DNA of 64,000 nucleotides from Eledone cirrhosa (taxonomy: Eukaryota), in the NCBI GenBank assembly GCA_964016885.1, contig OZ024743.1, positions 249,364,001 to 249,428,000 on the forward strand, written 5' to 3'. Both the position numbers and the translations under genes were made by a program. Each line of letters starts with the position of its first letter. Position 1 is the stretch's first letter. Positions 21,552-33,010 of this stretch are shown here, in pieces. Under the pieces are notes generated by a model. The model was not told the DNA's origin and ran no database searches. It worked only from the letters and a program-made list of their open reading frames with translations.

Positions 21552-22857
21552 CTGAAAAATATAATAAATAATAAATTGTATATTGAAGATTGCTTCATAT
21601 CAGATTAGTGTTTAAATTTCAACAGTCATGTTTTTTTCAAATTATCGAAGCCATAGCAGTGGTAACATCTGGAGTCTTGGATCCTCAAACCACCTCCCTA
21701 CTTACTGCAATCAGCATGGAGATGGTCATCTGCAAGAATGAGCCCTGCAAGGGAGAATGGCTCTTTCAACACATCTCCTTCCACATCTGCCGAGTAAAGC
21801 ATCTGCCATTTTGTCTGCTGAAACCTAGAAAGATCTGTTAGTTAATTATTTCTTATATTCTTTTCCTGCTTTCAGTCATTAGACTGCAGCCATGCTAGGA
21901 TATGGCTTTAAAGGAATTGCATTGACCAGGTTAACTCCAGTACTTATTTTATCGATCCCTTTCTTGCTGAACTGCTAAATTACTTAGATAAACTTAGATA
22001 CAAATGTAAACACAGGCATGAATGGATACACTTACTTGTACTTGTATTGGCATTCACCCAGGATGGGTTGACTCATCTCCAACCAGTGTATACACATCAC
22101 AAACAAGCAATCCATGCATGGCAATCACAGATGCCCAACACAGATATTCTGTCAGTTAGTCAGTCACAATTGCAACAGTGGACACCACATTTGCAAGCAC
22201 CAGAATGACAAAAAATATACTCTATATTTAATAATTGTTTCTACTTTTGGCACAAGATCAGAAATTATCCCAGTGCATTACTAGTACTTTATTTTATCGA
22301 CCCCTTAAGGATGAAAGGCAAAGTTAACCTTAGCGGGATTTGAATTCAGGCCGTAAAGGGCCGTAACTCTATGTTGCAAAGCATGGCATCTGACCCTCTA
22401 CCAATACTGGCAATATTTTGAAGTTAGAACCTCTTTATCAAATGGAATAAACTCAGAGAGCCTTGTTCTTATGAGTTATTCTTTGTTGTGTGACTGATCA
22501 ATGATGGAAGAATCTCAGTGGAAAGGTGACATACACAGACTGGTCACAACAGCCAGTTGGTAGACAGAGGTTAAAGAAGTTCATCTGGCAACAGAATTTA
22601 GCTTGTTTTGCCAATAAAGAGTTTTAGCCTGATAGTAAATTCCTCCTGGCTCAGACGTGATGGCAACAAAGTGGTATGGTTATAGGAAGCATTGTGAGAT
22701 ATGTAATTGAGCTGGTACTGGCATTGTATGATCTTTACTAATACATTCTTAAACAACTTTGTATTTTAGAAAGATGAGTGGCTTTACATGGTTTGGTATT
22801 AAAAGGGTTAATATCAGTTAATATCAGTTAATATCAGTTAATGAATTAATTTATTAC

Positions 22858-23009
22858 TTGTCAACAACAGATTCCTCAATGACATTATGAAGATAACCAG
22901 GTGGAGGCTTAGTAACATTTTCATTGAAACCAGTTTGATCAAAGTAAATATTGCGCATATATAGATGATGTTCATCAAGACCTAGTGCTGCAGCCTGCTT
23001 TGTGTACAA
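22858..23009 (-). CDS. CCDC162: CCDC162-like exon 12
   Basis: ttgcag / gtaata; LYTKQAAALGLDEHHLYMRNIYFDQTGFNENVTKPPPGYLHNVIEESVVD, cf. recalled GFEEFHLYLRPVHF...QPPP. Confidence 0.85.
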
Positions 23010-23068
23010 CTGCAAAAGAAAAAAAAGAAAAGAAAAAAAGAAACCTTTAGGCATTGATATCTTTAGAC

Positions 23069-23408
23069 CAGGGGTTCTCAACCTGGTCCATGTGGACCAC
23101 TAGTGGTCCACAGGAAAATTTAGGTGGTCTACAGAAAATTTTCAATAGCAAATTCTTTCTTGATCCATGCATTTGACTTAAAGCGCTGTTCTTATTCTTC
23201 GCATAAGTACGACTTCAGCTGTTTATTTGCGTAGATTTTTAGGCACTGCGACATGATAATAGCATTTTCTAATTCATTGAAAAAAAAACATCTACTGATG
23301 CTTATAAGTAGCAGTTCTGTTACAAAAGATTAAAAAGTTTAGGTGGTCCACAGGAAAAAATTACTTATTTTGGTGGTCCACAGCAAAAAAAAAGGTTGAG
23401 AACCCCTG
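23069..23408. mobile_element. hAT (Charlie-type) MITE, 340 bp
   Basis: 15-bp TIR CAGGGGTTCTCAACC, perfect 8-bp TSD CTTTAGAC, subterminal GTGGTCCAC motifs. Confidence 0.95.
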
Positions 23409-25526
23409 CTTTAGACTACGACTAGAATGTTATCTGATGATAAATTTGTGATAAATATTAATTTTGCATGGAAGGTAAGAAATTATAATGCTTGAAATGG
23501 TAAAAATCTATAGGAACTAAGGAAGATATCCAACTAGTGGTGGGTGCCTCTGTAATATGCATAAAGTAGAATGTTCTTCTTCTTCCATCATCATTTTATG
23601 TCTGTTTTCCATACTTGCATAGGTTGGACAGGTTGTCATGGTTTGAGACTTTGGTTGGAGAACTTTGTCTCATTTGTACATTACATTTGTAGCATTATTT
23701 CTAATCCCGCCGAGGTTAACTTTGCCTTTCATCCTTACGGGGTCGATAAAATAAAGTACCAGTAATACACTGGATAATTGCTGGCCTTGTGCCAACAGTA
23801 GAAACAATTATTTCTATAGATGAATGCCCTTCCTAATGCCAATCATGCTACAGAGTGTTCTAGGTGCAGTTTATCATGGCCACAGCACTAAAGAATTTGT
23901 TATGTTCTTGACATGACTAAAGGGTCCTTACAACCCTACATTGTCTTGATTTGGTCACTACCAATTTACGAAGTATACCAAGTGCAGTTTATCATGGCAC
24001 TAGTCAATTTGCCTTAGGATTCACAAGATGAAAAGGTGTTCACTATTCTACATTACTTATGTTCAATCAGGGCAATGTGACCAAGAGGGTGAATAGAAGA
24101 GTTATGACAAACGAAGGACCAGTGTTAGTGGGTGATGGTGTTCTCACTACTCTACATTGCTTCTGTTCAATCAAAGTAAAATGACCCAGAGGGTGAATAG
24201 AAGAAAGAGCTATGCCAAAAGAAGGAGAAGGGTAAGTGGGTGAAAGTGTGAGGGTATGATGAGAGAAACAGTAAATAGGAGTGAGGGTTGGAGAAGGAAG
24301 GACAATTATCATGATCTTTTCAGACCCAACTGACAGGTAAGGTCAAATCAGTTGATATTCATTCAGCTTGCACTACAGCAGGCTGTTACTTGCATGGAAA
24401 ATGTTGACAGAAAAGAAATTCCAGAAAGATTCAATTCAGGTGGAGTGGAGGAAGGTAATGATGAGATAAAGTAATTAGAGTAAAGGTTTTGTGGGTGAGA
24501 TACAATAGAGATGATGAGAAGAGGTAGGTGCTTCAGGGTATGCAAGTTGCTAATCCAGAGAAACAAGAATCATTATTGTAATAGATAAGACAACCAAATG
24601 GAACAGTGTATATCTGTGGGCCATTAGCTGTGGCATGGAAAGTGAATATATGATGATGGTGATAATGATAATGCTAGTGAGTGAATAACTGCTAACCAGT
24701 TATACATATTGTCTTAGAGATTGGCAAGATTCCAGACTTCATTCACTTACCAAGTAGGATGGACCAAGGAAACAATATTTCCATTGGTCTTTTTCATTGC
24801 AACTCCTGGCAGAAGGAGCAATAAAGTGTCTTGCTCAAAGACGTAACACATCGCCTGGTCCAGGAATTGAATTCACAACCTAATGATTGGGAATTCAACT
24901 CTATAACCACTAAGCCATGCATCTTACACAAAATTTAAATACATTCCATAGTTATTCCTTAGTTATATATCTCAATCAATCCTCAATTATACTTCTTACC
25001 TCATATAACAGGTAAATATAATCATCATCATTTTATGTCTGCTTTTTCATCCTGGCATGGGCTGGACAGGTCATCATGGTACAAGACAAAATATGGTCAG
25101 ATAGTTACATCTTGCTCATGTGTTCCATATTTTGGCATGGCTTTTATAGATGGATGCCCTTTCTAATGTGAACCATTTCACAGAGTGTACAGGGTAAATT
25201 TCATCATGGTCCAGTACTACCTCTTTACAATTAGTTATTTAACCATTTAGCATTTAAACTGGCCATATCTCCCCAGAATTCTCTCGCAATTTTCTGTTCA
25301 AACTGGCCATAACCAGCTGCTTATACTTATGTTACGGTATTGTTCTCTAAATAAATAATATCAAAATCTCATAGATTCAATATTATGTGAGATAATTATG
25401 TGAGATAAAGCCTTTACTGTGAAAATACAATAGTATATATAGACTCATGTAAATGCTAAAGGGTTAAAGTATCATCTTATTGAAACTTTAATTACATATC
25501 TTAGTAAAATTTTAACTAGATATATT

Positions 25527-28220
25527 TGTAGTGACCTACATTCCGCGGGCTCACATACATTCTCTGTGCGTGATTTGGCTCAGTTCAGCCAATCAGCGCC
25601 AGTAGAAGAGGATGTATCCCTACGCGCCCTGAGGAAGAAATTCCCCGCGAAGATTTGAAGAATCTCTAGCTTGTACCGGAAACTTCAAGCCAGCAACACG
25701 CATAATGTAACAGTGAGATATTGCACCCCTAGCCTCGCCGGCTTAACGGTGCAATGGCACATTCCCTTTTGTAACCTCTTTTTACCTGTAACTTCAACCA
25801 TATAAATAAACAGACATTTCATCTCTAATTACTGCGGTTGAAGTCGTTATTATGTTACTCGTGTCTCAATAACATCTTTTATCCATGCTGCTGGAATTGG
25901 CGACCTGACGAAAGGAATATTGTAAATAGATGGTAAATAGATCGAGGGACCTTCCCTCACGTCTATGTCAACAAGATAATCCAACGAGGATACTATCACT
26001 TACCACACTGGCAACTAACGACCACTGATTCTACCACCCTGCTAAAGTGGCGATAACATCTATAACTAATACTGCTAAAGTGGTGACCGACGTAAGAATA
26101 TCACGCAGTCCTTCTTATTCATTCAGTTTAACTTTTGTTGCCACGTCGCAACTTGCGAAAATCCAGAATATTCCTTTTGAGATTTTTGAAAAATTAGCAG
26201 TATTTCAAAAACTTTTTCGCCACGAAAAAATTTCAAGATGGCTACCGACATGTCATGGCTACGCTTGACAACAACAATGACAGCAGCAGCGACAGCGTTG
26301 TTTAACCACTGACCAATACAGGGAACAGTGAGTGGCAGCTTCATAACCTTACCAACGCCAACCACCACACATCGGAAATTTCAAAACGGCTTGTAACTTT
26401 ACCGACGCAACCACCATACCTTCTGTCTCGTTACCACAGGGACGCGAGAAATTGAGACAGTAGTTTTCTCACCATTATGGCGTCAGACGTGACTGCCATA
26501 TTTGGTGACTCCTACTCTACAGAAGATTCTTTGACTTTGCTTTAACAATAAGCAACACAACCGTGTGGCGGGACGGTAAAATGGCCACGAAATCTCACAA
26601 AAACACCATACATCTAACCCCTAACGGCATTAACAAACTTCTTTTTCAGTTTTCAGATAGAACTAGTGTCTGTACACTGGTGATGTGTGAACTATTTGAC
26701 TTTGAAAAACTTTGAACTTATTGAGCAATTTCTCTGCTCCCCTAGATTGACTTTGAATTATCAGTTTGTTACATTCACATATTTCTTTGTAGAATGCATT
26801 TACTTGTTTTGTGCTCTTTTGCTATTTGCTTGCTCATGGTTTTTGTTCATTCACATTCTTTGCTGTTTTACATGCCTGCATATGGACACATTTTTTTTTA
26901 TCACACACCAACATGTTGTTCTTGGTATATGTTCTTCAAACGTAATATTCTGCGAGTCCCTTTTCACCTGGTTGAGATGCTGTCACATGCTAGCAGCTCA
27001 CAGAGCTTAATCCACTGGATTCAAACAGGCACCGCAACACGAGAATACATTGCAGCTGAACTCAAACAGCTTCGCATCTCGTTGCACACTGATCGTCCAT
27101 GACAGCCATCCGTCTTGTTGTTTTTGCCCGACTCGCTGGGAAAGCAACAAATTGAACTGGACTTGTTAGCATTTCGGCCACTTCTGTGGATTCGTCCGAA
27201 TTATAGAATTTACACTGCAACCCACCTACAGATTAAACTTGCCTTTTGTTCTTTACAAAGCAACCAGCCATTTTTTCCTGGCTCCACAGCACATTCGACA
27301 ATACATCTGGGGGCCATCATTTTCTCGCCAGCACTGGTAAACTACCATAATAGCTTCGTTCACAGCTACTGGTACAACGCTTACCATTAACATTTAATGC
27401 AAGAACAGCAACCTCGCCCATGTCAGACTTTATCCGTTTTTTGTTAGACCTTTGGCGGTCACGTATAAACAACAAAACAACTGGTCATTTGACACAGCGG
27501 CTCAACACAGCCCGTAGCGCCTCATTTTTTGTTCTTGCATGCAACCTTCTGCTCAATTATTTTTTCACTGATGTGCTCTTTCAGCATTTGTTCTTGCTGA
27601 TTTAATAATATGTGGGTCCTTGGTTTCTTCGTTATCGATTTTCGGCTGAAAATCTGGTTGGAGGTGATGTAGTGACCTACATTCTGCGGGCTCACATACA
27701 TTCTCTGTGCGTGATTTGGCTCAGTTCAGCCAATCAGCGCCAGTAGAAGAGGATGTATCCCTACGCGCCCTGAGGAAGAAATTCCCCGCGAAGATTTGAA
27801 GAATCTCTAGCTTGTACCGGAAACTTCAAGCCAGCAACACGCATAATGTAACAGTGAGATATTGCACCCCTAGCCTCGCCGGCTTAACGGTGCAATGGCA
27901 CATTCCCTTTTGTAACCTCTTTTTACCTGTAACTTCAACCATATAAATAAACAGACATTTCATCTCTAATTACTGCGGTTGAAGTCGTTATTATGTTACT
28001 CGTGTCTCAATAACATCTTTTATCCATGCTGCTGGAATTGGCGACCTGACGAAAGGAATATTGTAAATAGATGGTAAATAGATCGAGGGACCTTCCCTCA
28101 CGTCTATGTCAACAAGATAATCCAACGAGGATACTATCACTTACCACACTGGCAACTAACGACCACTGATTCTACCACCCTTCTAAAGTGGCGATAACAT
28201 CTATAACTAATACTGCTAAA
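25527..28220 (+). mobile_element. Non-autonomous LTR retrotransposon (LTRs 25527-26079 and 27668-28220)
   Basis: Two 553-bp direct repeats in which I see only 2 differences, starting TGTAG. 4-bp TSD TATT. PBS-like TGGTGACCGACGT at 26081. Purine-rich GGTTGGAGGTGA before the 3' LTR. ~1.6-kb interior without recognisable gag/pol ORF. Confidence 0.9.
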
Positions 28221-28845
28221 TATTATTTAAATTATTTTTGTTGTAAATAATATAAAGAATACAAAGTATAAAAGATGATGGATGACAACAACAAAAACCT
28301 CTAAAAGATTTTGAGGCAATCCAAAACACTTGCTGCTTTATTATGGGTGATAGAGATGCTGAGATGCTAGAACAACCAAGCACCCTCACAAGAATCACCA
28401 GAAACTTCAGTGAGAAAAACCACCAACAATGACAAATATTATCAAATATTATATCACCAAATGTTAGTTACATTTTTTGTTAAATATTGTTCTGGCAAAG
28501 TTTGATGTTTCTAAAATAGAGAAATTTTAATGAATTGACCCCCAGGATTGGCATTAAGTACCTTTTGTTAAAAGTATTGTTCTGGTGTGTCTAAAAGATA
28601 AAACTGAAAAGCCCATCAAGGAACACACCTTTGGCAGTGTCAGGGCACATCTATTTTACTAGGCCCCACCCCCGCTGATAAGGTCTCCAGCTGATGGTGG
28701 GGGCAAATGCCTTGTCCACCCCACTATAAATTCAGGGTAACCTTTACTTTAGCAAGGAAAATGTTCTTAAAATGCTTGTTGCTGTTTTATATATACCTAA
28801 GCTGAGTAAAGTTAAAGTACATACAAATTTCCAATAGAATCTTAC

Positions 28846-28905
28846 TTTTGCAAGAACTGTTGATTCCCAGCAACTGTGAAGTAGTCGAGATCTTAGATGT
28901 ACTAA
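28846..28905 (-). CDS. CCDC162: CCDC162-like exon 11
   Basis: ttgcag / gtaaga; LVHLRSRLLHSCWESTVLAK; 60 nt, phase 0/0. Confidence 0.8.
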
Positions 28906-29222
28906 CTGCAATGACAAAAGTAAAGTAAAAATGAATTCTTTTTTAGAATCATTGTTTAAATTCTTTATTGAAACAAGTGAAATCTAGCAACAATAATCAG
29001 ATATACTTTTCAAACTAACAATACTCATGACTGGGAGAGTTAAGCAGGAACATCCATTAGAACATGGGAAGCCTCCAAGAGGTTCATAAGTATCTGATAG
29101 TCCTTTTCCTGATTGTGTTTGTAATGAAATTAACTGTATTTCAATTAATTGATGAAGAACTTTGAATGATACTAGCATAGAAAAACAGGTGTAAAAATGG
29201 TGAAAAATAAATATTTATATAC

Positions 29223-29363
29223 CTCAAGCATTTGTTTTAATTTGTTGACATTGCTTATCTGTCTCTCTGTGTGGGTTTTACCCATCTGTTCACTTGTAGA
29301 AATCAGTTTATACATTAAGTCACACATCATGAGAGGGTCTTCAATGTAACTGTCAAAGAATAC
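29223..29363 (-). CDS. CCDC162: CCDC162-like exon 10
   Basis: ttccag / gtatat; VFFDSYIEDPLMMCDLMYKLISTSEQMGKTHTERQISNVNKLKQMLE; 141 nt, phase 0/0. Confidence 0.8.
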
Positions 29364-30136
29364 CTGGAATAAATATAGCTTTTATAATACAAACATTTCA
29401 AGACACAAAGAATAGAATTGAGCAACAACAAATGAAATTTTAAAACTATGAAAGCACATGACCGAGTGATGAAAGTGTTGGACTCACATTCATAAGGTCC
29501 AGAGTTCAATACCCAGATCTGGTGGCACATTATGTCCTTGAGCAAAGCATTTCATTTTATGTTGCTCTAGTTCAATCAGCTAAAAATAAGTACCAGTTGT
29601 AGATTGGTGTTATCCCTGGAACGGACTGGTGTCCCAACCAGTTTTTGTACTCTCAGCACAAAATTAAATATAACAAGTGACTGGAGGCTTCAGTGTTTGG
29701 CAACTGAATGGTGATAATATAGGGTCTGAGAGGACTCTTCTCTTTGGTCTAGCACATGACTATCTCTCTAGTGCTGGTGCCATAATAAAATGCACCCACT
29801 ACACATTATAAAGTGCTAGTGTTGGTGCCATAATAAAATTCTCCCAGTAAACTCTGTGGAGTGGTAGTGTTGGTGCCATGACAAAACATACAGTATACAC
29901 TCTGTAAGGTGGTTGGTATTAGGAAGGCCATCCAACTTTAGAAACCATGCCAAATATGAAATGTAACAAACAAGAATAGATCTCGCTGATCCATTTGGTC
30001 TAAAACTATGACAACCCATTCAACTCATGCCTGTGTGGAAAGGTAAAATGACGATGATGATATTTTACCCAGGATAAGAATCTGGCCATTTTTTGCAATT
30101 TTTCCTGCAAAAAATAAAACTTTGTGATTGTACTTT

Positions 30137-30380
30137 TAACCCTTTCATTACTATATTTCTAATAGAATAAACTGCATATGATTTTTAAATCATTTAAACA
30201 ATAATGAAAAATTTAAAGGAATTTAAAAATATAACTAACTTTCTCATAATTAAGTTGGTGGTATCTAGAAGATAAAGATTCTTACATAAAATTAGATAAA
30301 TATAAACATTTTCAAACAAATAGTTTTGTATCATAGGATTAAGAGTGGTTTCAGGTGGTTTGATATCAAAAAGATTATAA
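30137..30380. mobile_element. piggyBac-type MITE (family 2); copies at ~2020-2500 (split by family 1), 44661-44933, ~53200-53366, ~53706-53940
   Basis: TTAA-CCCTTTCATTAC...GATATCAAAAAGA/GG termini; homologous AT-rich body in several copies. Confidence 0.7.
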
Positions 30381-31639
30381 CAAATTAAAAACTTAATAAT
30401 AACTGCACTGAAAAATTCTGTCATTAAAATAATAACACGATGAATTTCTTTTTACAAACAGAGGAGGGAGTGGGGTAATTCATGACAATTATTTTTTAAA
30501 GACAAGGGAGTTGTGATTTAAAACGTTTGGCAAGACCTTGACAGGAAGATATTTATCTGAAACTGTTTATATCTATTTCAATAATTGTTTCTACTTTAGG
30601 CACAAGGCCAGCAATTACCCAGTGCATTACTGGTACTTTATTTTATCGACCCCGTAAGGATGAAAGGCAAAGTCAACCTCGGCGAGATTTGAACTCAGAT
30701 CGTAAAGGGACGTAACTATGCTGGAAAGATGGCGTCCGACCCTCTACCGATACTGCCAATCCACTATTTCAATAATAAAACTAAATACTAACATATGTGT
30801 TGGACTCCCAGCAATGACAGTTCTAGTTTTACAAACAATGGAACTGGTTGCAATTAATATGCAAGTGGCTAAGCATTCCACAGACACATGTACCCATAAC
30901 AGAATTCTCAGGGAGTTTCAGCATGACATAGTGTGTGACAAGGCTGGCCCACTAAATAACATGTAAAACTCCCTTCCAACTCATCACCCTGTCAAATCTC
31001 ATTAACCTGCCACATTTGTCATACACCCCTGATATCACTTACCCCATCCCACCTATCCCATTCCATGCATTCCTGTAGGGTAGAGAAAGCTCTTCAGTTG
31101 AATCACAGACCCACAAACTCTCTAGTGCTGGTACCATGAAAAATGCATCCAGTACACCCCATAACGTGGTTGGTGATATGAAGGGTCTCAAGCTGTAGAA
31201 AACTTACCACATAAAAAAAGGTTGAAAGGCCTTTTCAGTTGTATCAAAGACATGACAACTTCCCTATTATTGATGATCTACAAGATAAATATTCTTGGTA
31301 TACATTGTAAAACAGTTGGTGATAGGAAGGGCATCGAGTCATAGAAAACTTGCTAAACAAGGACTCTTCGGCTGTATTAAAAATATAATAACCTCTTAAG
31401 TGCTGATACTATGAGAAATTACAGATGGTAGAGTGTTGGAATGTATATAAGCAAGATGCAAGCCCCCAGCCACTCTGAGAGGTCAGTAGCTCTGCTGGAG
31501 TATTAACTCAGTCTGTGACATCCTATCCAACCCTCGATAGTAGGGAAAACAGACATTAAATGATGACAACAATGACTATGTGCGTGTTTGCATACGTATG
31601 TATGTGTTCTGTAACTTAGCAGTTTGACAAAAAAAAAAA

Positions 31640-32430
31640 ATCTTCTTCACCCACTTATTCCTGCAAGGGTTGTAGGGGCAAAATCCTCAAGCATGCCTTA
31701 CAACAGGTCCTATCGGAAGTAGCTGTCTCCAATTAATCTGGCTGGATTCTCAAGCAGAACTATCAAGCTTATAGATGTTATCCAACTATTTTGCTCAGTA
31801 TCTACTCCTGGGTCTTCTGCCAGTTGGTTTTGCCTGTACAAATTGTACAGTGATTCTTTCCTGAGACATTCTAACTACATGTTTGTAATATTAGAGTTAT
31901 GATCTTTCAATTCAGAGAAGTAGCAGCTCTATATGAAGCAACTCTCTGATTTTCAAGCTTCACATTCTATTGAGTAACCTTACTCTAAGGCCCTTCAGAG
32001 AAACTCCATTTCTGCTGCTTGTATTCGCAATCAGTCGTTACCCAAGATTTATGACCATAGAAGATAGTGAGTTCAGCTTTTACACCTACCTCCTTTCTTC
32101 TGATGACTGAATGCTGAAACTGATGCATTACTGTTCCAGCTCTTACAACTCTTTCTCTTAATTCAGCCTTCTGCCTTCCATCACTCATGAACATGGCCCA
32201 ACATACTTGAACATCTCCACCTGCTGCAGTGAACTTCACTGCACTGCACAGGCTTCCTTGAGAAGATGACTGTTTCAGTCTTTGCAGCACTGGCTTTCAT
32301 TCCTGCTGTGCAGCACTTGCAGCAAATCTATCAAGTGCATGTCAGAGATCACTTACTGATGAGTTAAGTAGTACTATATCATCCCAAAATTCCAGCCAAT
32401 TGATCCTACACCTGCCAGTCTCAATACCAC
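31640..32430 (-). mobile_element. Decayed copy of second RTE family
   Basis: Homologous to 530-925; ORF remnant ...YGHKSWVTT... Confidence 0.65.
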
Positions 32431-32621
32431 TTCCAATCCTGATAAAATAGTACTAGGGTTGATATGATCAACTAAGTCAATCAAGACAGTGCCCCAATAT
32501 GGCCACAGTCTAATGACTGAAACCAGTAAAAGAATACATACACTCAGAAAAATACATATACTTCAGTACATAAAATGAAAAATAAAAAAAAATGTAGTAT
32601 TATTTTGAAAGAAGTACATAC

Positions 32622-32759
32622 ATTTTCCTGATCCCAAACACTATACAAAAGCCTAAATTTCTGGTTAGAGTTCCATTCTGATAGTGCTAATTCTAACATC
32701 ATTTTTTCCATAGATAATAACTCTTGACTATCCTTGGGTTTGAATTTGCAACGTAGTTC
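32622..32759 (-). CDS. CCDC162: CCDC162-like exon 9
   Basis: tttcag / gtatgt; ELRCKFKPKDSQELLSMEKMMLELALSEWNSNQKFRLLYSVWDQEN. Confidence 0.85.
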
Positions 32760-33010
32760 CTGAAAAATAAAAAGAAAAGCAATCAAGAATTATTCACAAA
32801 ATTATTTAACATTAAGTGTGTGTGACTGAAACATGTCCAGTGCTTTCATCAAGTTGGCTTACAGACAAGGTCTTCTCTCACTGCATTGTCTTAAATTGTT
32901 CCAAAAACCTTGGATAAGCCAAGATTATAGGAATTCTATGTCATAGCAGAGAAATTTCAATTAATTAAGAATTGTTTGCATACATCATTCAGGACCTTAC
33001 ATCTTAACTT

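Noticed and set aside
25527-26079. Hammerhead in the LTR (LTR-retrozyme)
   Set aside because: CTGAGGA (25629) and CTGACGA (25905) occur, but neither is followed by a correctly placed GAAA with helices I and III.
26047-27605. Short ORFs inside the LTR element as gag/pol
   Set aside because: No CCHC knuckle, protease, RT or integrase motif recognisable.
32100-32126. CTGATGA...GAAA motif (also lone CTGATGA at 10834, 23434)
   Set aside because: No supporting helices; chance matches in a LINE remnant, an exon or plain intron.
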